Source of the DNA: Rhina ancylostomus
Lineage: Eukaryota
Reading direction: 5' to 3'
DNA length: 64,000 bases
Assembly: GCA_030265395.1 (NCBI GenBank)
Contig: JARFYF010000053.1
Coordinates: 36,656,118-36,720,117 of the forward strand
The position numbers were made by a program, and so were the translations under genes. Numbering within the stretch: the stretch's first letter is position 1; each line of letters opens with the position of its first letter. Positions 60,191 to 64,000 of the stretch are shown here, one piece after another. The notes below the pieces were generated by a model that worked only from the letters and a program-made list of their open reading frames with translations, was not told the DNA's origin and did no database searches.

Positions 60191-63100
60191 TTTAGATTTT
60201 TGCCTTTTCTGTGTGTAACCGTAATATTGTTATATACCTCTATCAAATCTCCTTTCCTACTCTCTCCTTTGAAGTAAAGCAGTCCCAACCGTTTTCAGAC
60301 TCTAAATCTTAAATAAATCACCCGTACATGGATACCCACTTATCCATCAGATACAAAGGAACAATTCGTCCATTGAGTTCATGCGGGAACTCAGAGCAAT
60401 GGGATCTGATGCTTACTCGACAAATCAGGTTTTACAGAGGCACAGAATCACAGAATGCTAAGAACGTATTCTGTCCTTCGCCGTACCTGCTCTAACTAGG
60501 AGGAAACCAGCTGTTCCAAGGTTGTTTGATATTTGTTAGAGTGAATGAATGTGGAAGCCGGAATTATTTTCATTGAAACATGTTTGTTTGGGAAATAAAT
60601 AAGAAACAGTTCGGTTCCAATGGTAACTTTAAAATAAAACTGGTTGGGCATCGATAAGGGGACATTTTGGATGCTATGAGAAGAGTATGAGGGTGGCTGG
60701 TAATAATTTCTCTGTAGAGAAGAGTACAGGGGATTCAACAGAGATATTTAACATTGTGACAGATGCTGACAGAACAGATGAAAAGTAAATAGCTGTTGGC
60801 GTGACCGAGCTGTTCAAGAGACAAGGGCAACTGTTGAGAGTAAGCGTTAAAGCGTAAAGAAAATTGACGCGATAAAGCTGTACTGAATTGGATACACACG
60901 GTAGAATGAATTCGGCAAACAGCAGCAAAAAAGAGCTGAGATATATCTGAAATGGAAGAATTTACATGGTCGTGGTATGGATGATATTCAAATACAACTC
61001 GCAGGATAGCACCTCTGTAGACGAGGGTAAGGATTGGGTGATCCGAATGACCTCTTCCCACGCAGAATATTACTCTGAATTTGAAAGTAAACGCTGAAGC
61101 CAAATTGTCACAAAATCCATCAAAATATAATTTACTTTCATTTGTAAATAACCATTGTTACAATGGTGGTGTCTTGAGATTCGTTAATTGACTCGACATT
61201 TAATGCTTTAAATGTTCAAGAAGAGGCGCAGGGCAGATATAGTTTTAAAGATGGATAAACGCTCGAACAACTACGGAACTGCAGTTTGAAATTATCCGGA
61301 ATTATCTGTATGCCTCTGAGTAGAAAGCTTTGTTTTGTTCCATGTATTGAGGATTAGACACAACAGGTGCTGTACCTTTACTCTGAATAAAATATGACGC
61401 TGATTTATGAAGCACAGCAGCAATATAGCCAATAATTGCAGTGGTCATTCATGACAGATAATGGACAAAACCAATCTAATTGGTTGAAAGATTGCGTCCA
61501 ATTTTTAGATCACATGTGGTTCGCAGCTCATTTGAGATTGCACTTCTGGTCAATTGTTTCAGAACTCCGAAATGATCTGGAAATTAAACCCTGGCCTGAT
61601 CCTAATCTCTGTTCATATGAGTCAAATTCCATTCCTGCTGAAGCGGAGACATGCTGCCATTTGATGTTGATTTCCGATCGTAAGAAGCCTATCAACGACT
61701 GAGCAGACAATTGATCTTGTGCTGAATTTGTGGCACTGCTTACATTTGTCCCAAACTGTATCATAACCTCTGTAGTCATGTTCCAGCCCGTGACCATCAT
61801 ATTTATTAAATTTACTTACGGCATGCAGCCAGTCGAGTCTGTGGCGGATCTGATCCATTTTATGGAAGTCTTATNNNNNNNNNNNNNNNNNNNNNNNNNN
61901 NNNNNNNNNNNNNNNNNNNNNNNNNNNNNNNNNNNNNNNNNNNNNNNNNNNNNNNNNNNNNNNNNNNNNNNNNNCCATTTTATGGAAGTCTTATTTCGTT
62001 GTAATACATTGTCCCTGAACAAGCCATCAGCTGCCTGCCGTTACCACCAGATTCTCATATCACCTGCCGTTTGACTGAACAAACTATGAGGATATGAAAT
62101 CAATGGATATAGAGGTGGAAAACAAAGGAATGAAAACTAGACGTTTATAGTCGTTGGATTTTAATTATCCTAAAACTTAAGTGCAAGAGATTCCCATCGC
62201 AGTATTCCAAAAATTTCAGTTTTTGATTATTAGTCAATGACTTTCCTTATCATAAAGTGCGAATGTTAAAAGATGTGCTGTTCAGTTATGTGTACTCATA
62301 TGTGTACAGTTATGTGTACCGCCCAGAACACATTTTATCTTACAGAAGAATTTCACCCGACTCACAGGCTGCGCTCCCTGAAACCTGCGTTTTGAGAAGC
62401 TACAACTCCCCCATATCCTCAGAAATTAACGTAAACAGGTATATGGCAGATGCATAGTTCCTCGGGGTCTAGGGTGTGAAATATTCTGGTATGCGGTTGT
62501 ATTTTAGTTGGAATCACGTTAAATCATTTTAGCGGGAAATGAGGACGCATGTGCTCTCTTGGATTGGGTGAGGGCGAGTCGGGAGTCAACTCCACATTTC
62601 ACTAACAACGAGTCAAATGCTAAATGAAGCATGATAAGTCTTTCAGGGCAGAATTCATCCAAACTGAATGAGTAAAATCTGTCTGAGAAGAAACATCACA
62701 AGTTTATCATGTTAGGGAAGAACAGGGCAAGCAAGGGATGCTCCAATATGCTTCAAAGGTGGACTGATTGAAGAAAATCGAGAACACTTGCTTGTGCTAA
62801 GTAAGGATGTGAGCCACTGTCATCTGTTACTATAAACGCATTGCTACGGCAGTGTTCAAGTATCTCAGTGGCTGAAGCGTTCTGAGAATCAGACACCCAT
62901 CATCTGGAGGCAAGATGAGCATAATGTTCACCGACTGTCAATTCCGGTTGAAATTCAGAGAACAGAATCGACAACTATTCTTCGCCTTTCAGAAAACTAG
63001 ACACCGAAATATGACAGAGCCCGCAGAGCATAGTTATCAATTCTTGATGTCCACAGAAATCGTTACCGATATTCGGATGCATGCAAGCTCTGAACTCTAA

Positions 63101-64000
63101 AATGTGATGTCCACCACACTTCACATCTCAGTGCAATTTAATGCCACGAGGGGCTGCATCATCAGCTCAAAACCTCTCTCAACTTTTCCTGCCCCGAGCT
63201 GAACTTCAGTGCTACCTAATTTCCAAATGAATTATCGGTAATCTATCGGTAAATAATAATGTTCAAACTAAGTCAGACACTGCAACCGGCATATCACCCC
63301 AAACTTACTAAACAAACTTCAGTTTTCAGTCGACAAGTTACCATCGACTCTTTTATTAATGCACACCAGTGAGTGTGCATATAATGTCGTAAAATAAACC
63401 TTCCCACGCTATGCGTTAGGTCCACTCCAATCTGAGAATGTAGTTCCATCAAACATATCAAACGTATACCACTTTCCGAAACTTCAGAAACATTAACAAT
63501 GAATGGTGAAATTTCGTATCACTTTGGTGTCCCAGTACCGTTTTTGGATTTCGGGAAAACAGGAATATTTTATCAGCAGAATCCCAAGTCCACCAACTTG
63601 CTCATGATTTATTGAGCAGTAGCGTCCTCCTGCCTTCATATAAGCCTCGAATACACAGTTTTAACCTCGAATTATTGAGAGAGATCGCCAAAGATCTGTC
63701 TACGAAATATTCGAAACTTTGAGCATGGTAAGTCAGAAAAAGTTAGTGCCCTCCCCAGAAAACAATTCCGGACGCAATGACACTCAGTCGGTTCCGATGG
63801 ACGCAGCGTTGTTTCCACTTTCAGAACAACATTGTCNNNNNNNNNNNNNNNNNNNNNNNNNNNNNNNNNNNNNNNNNNNNNNNNNNNNNNNNNNNNNNNN
63901 NNNNNNNNNNNNNNNNNNNNNNNNNNNNNNNNNNNNAACATTGTCAAAACAAGCATTTCACTTTGAGATCAGTTGTAATCAATATCTAGATGGATCGAGG

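Noticed and set aside
61855-61994. Direct repeat ccattttatggaagtcttat on both sides of a 100-N gap (similarly aacattgtc around 63837-63936)
   Set aside because: Typical contig-end overlap across a placeholder gap; an assembly artefact, not a biological repeat or TSD.
62285-62321. 12-bp tandem repeat giving YVYS x3
   Set aside because: Short local slippage repeat with no coding support.
1-64000. The 60-170 aa ORFs of the supplied track as stand-alone genes
   Set aside because: Eukaryotic DNA; they overlap on both strands, use alternative starts, span N runs or lie in transposons. None is a recognisable intact gene.

Overview
Eukaryotic, AT-rich, gapped scaffold. The repeat content (CR1 LINEs, V-SINE-like tRNA SINEs, Penelope-like elements, sushi-type Gypsy LTRs) points to a vertebrate, most likely a cartilaginous fish (inference). 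Almost all ORFs in the supplied track are spurious or transposon-derived. The main signal is invisible to the ORF track: at least 19 tiny minus-strand exons spread from 853 to 58055 (14 x 27 nt, 3 x 36 nt, 1 x 30 nt, 1 x 21 nt). All have AG/GT ends, lengths divisible by 3 and no stop in phase 1-1. They join into a 179-codon Lys/Glu/Leu-rich, coiled-coil-like frame. They fall into paralogous families, and a three-exon block recurs about 40 kb apart with mostly synonymous or conservative changes. This indicates a large micro-exon gene (or tandem paralogues) that probably extends beyond both window ends; the architecture recalls butyrophilin/BG cytoplasmic tails, but its identity is not established. 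The introns hold transposons plus heavily decayed exon-like fragments that appear to come from unrelated genes, the best case being an atlastin-type exon.
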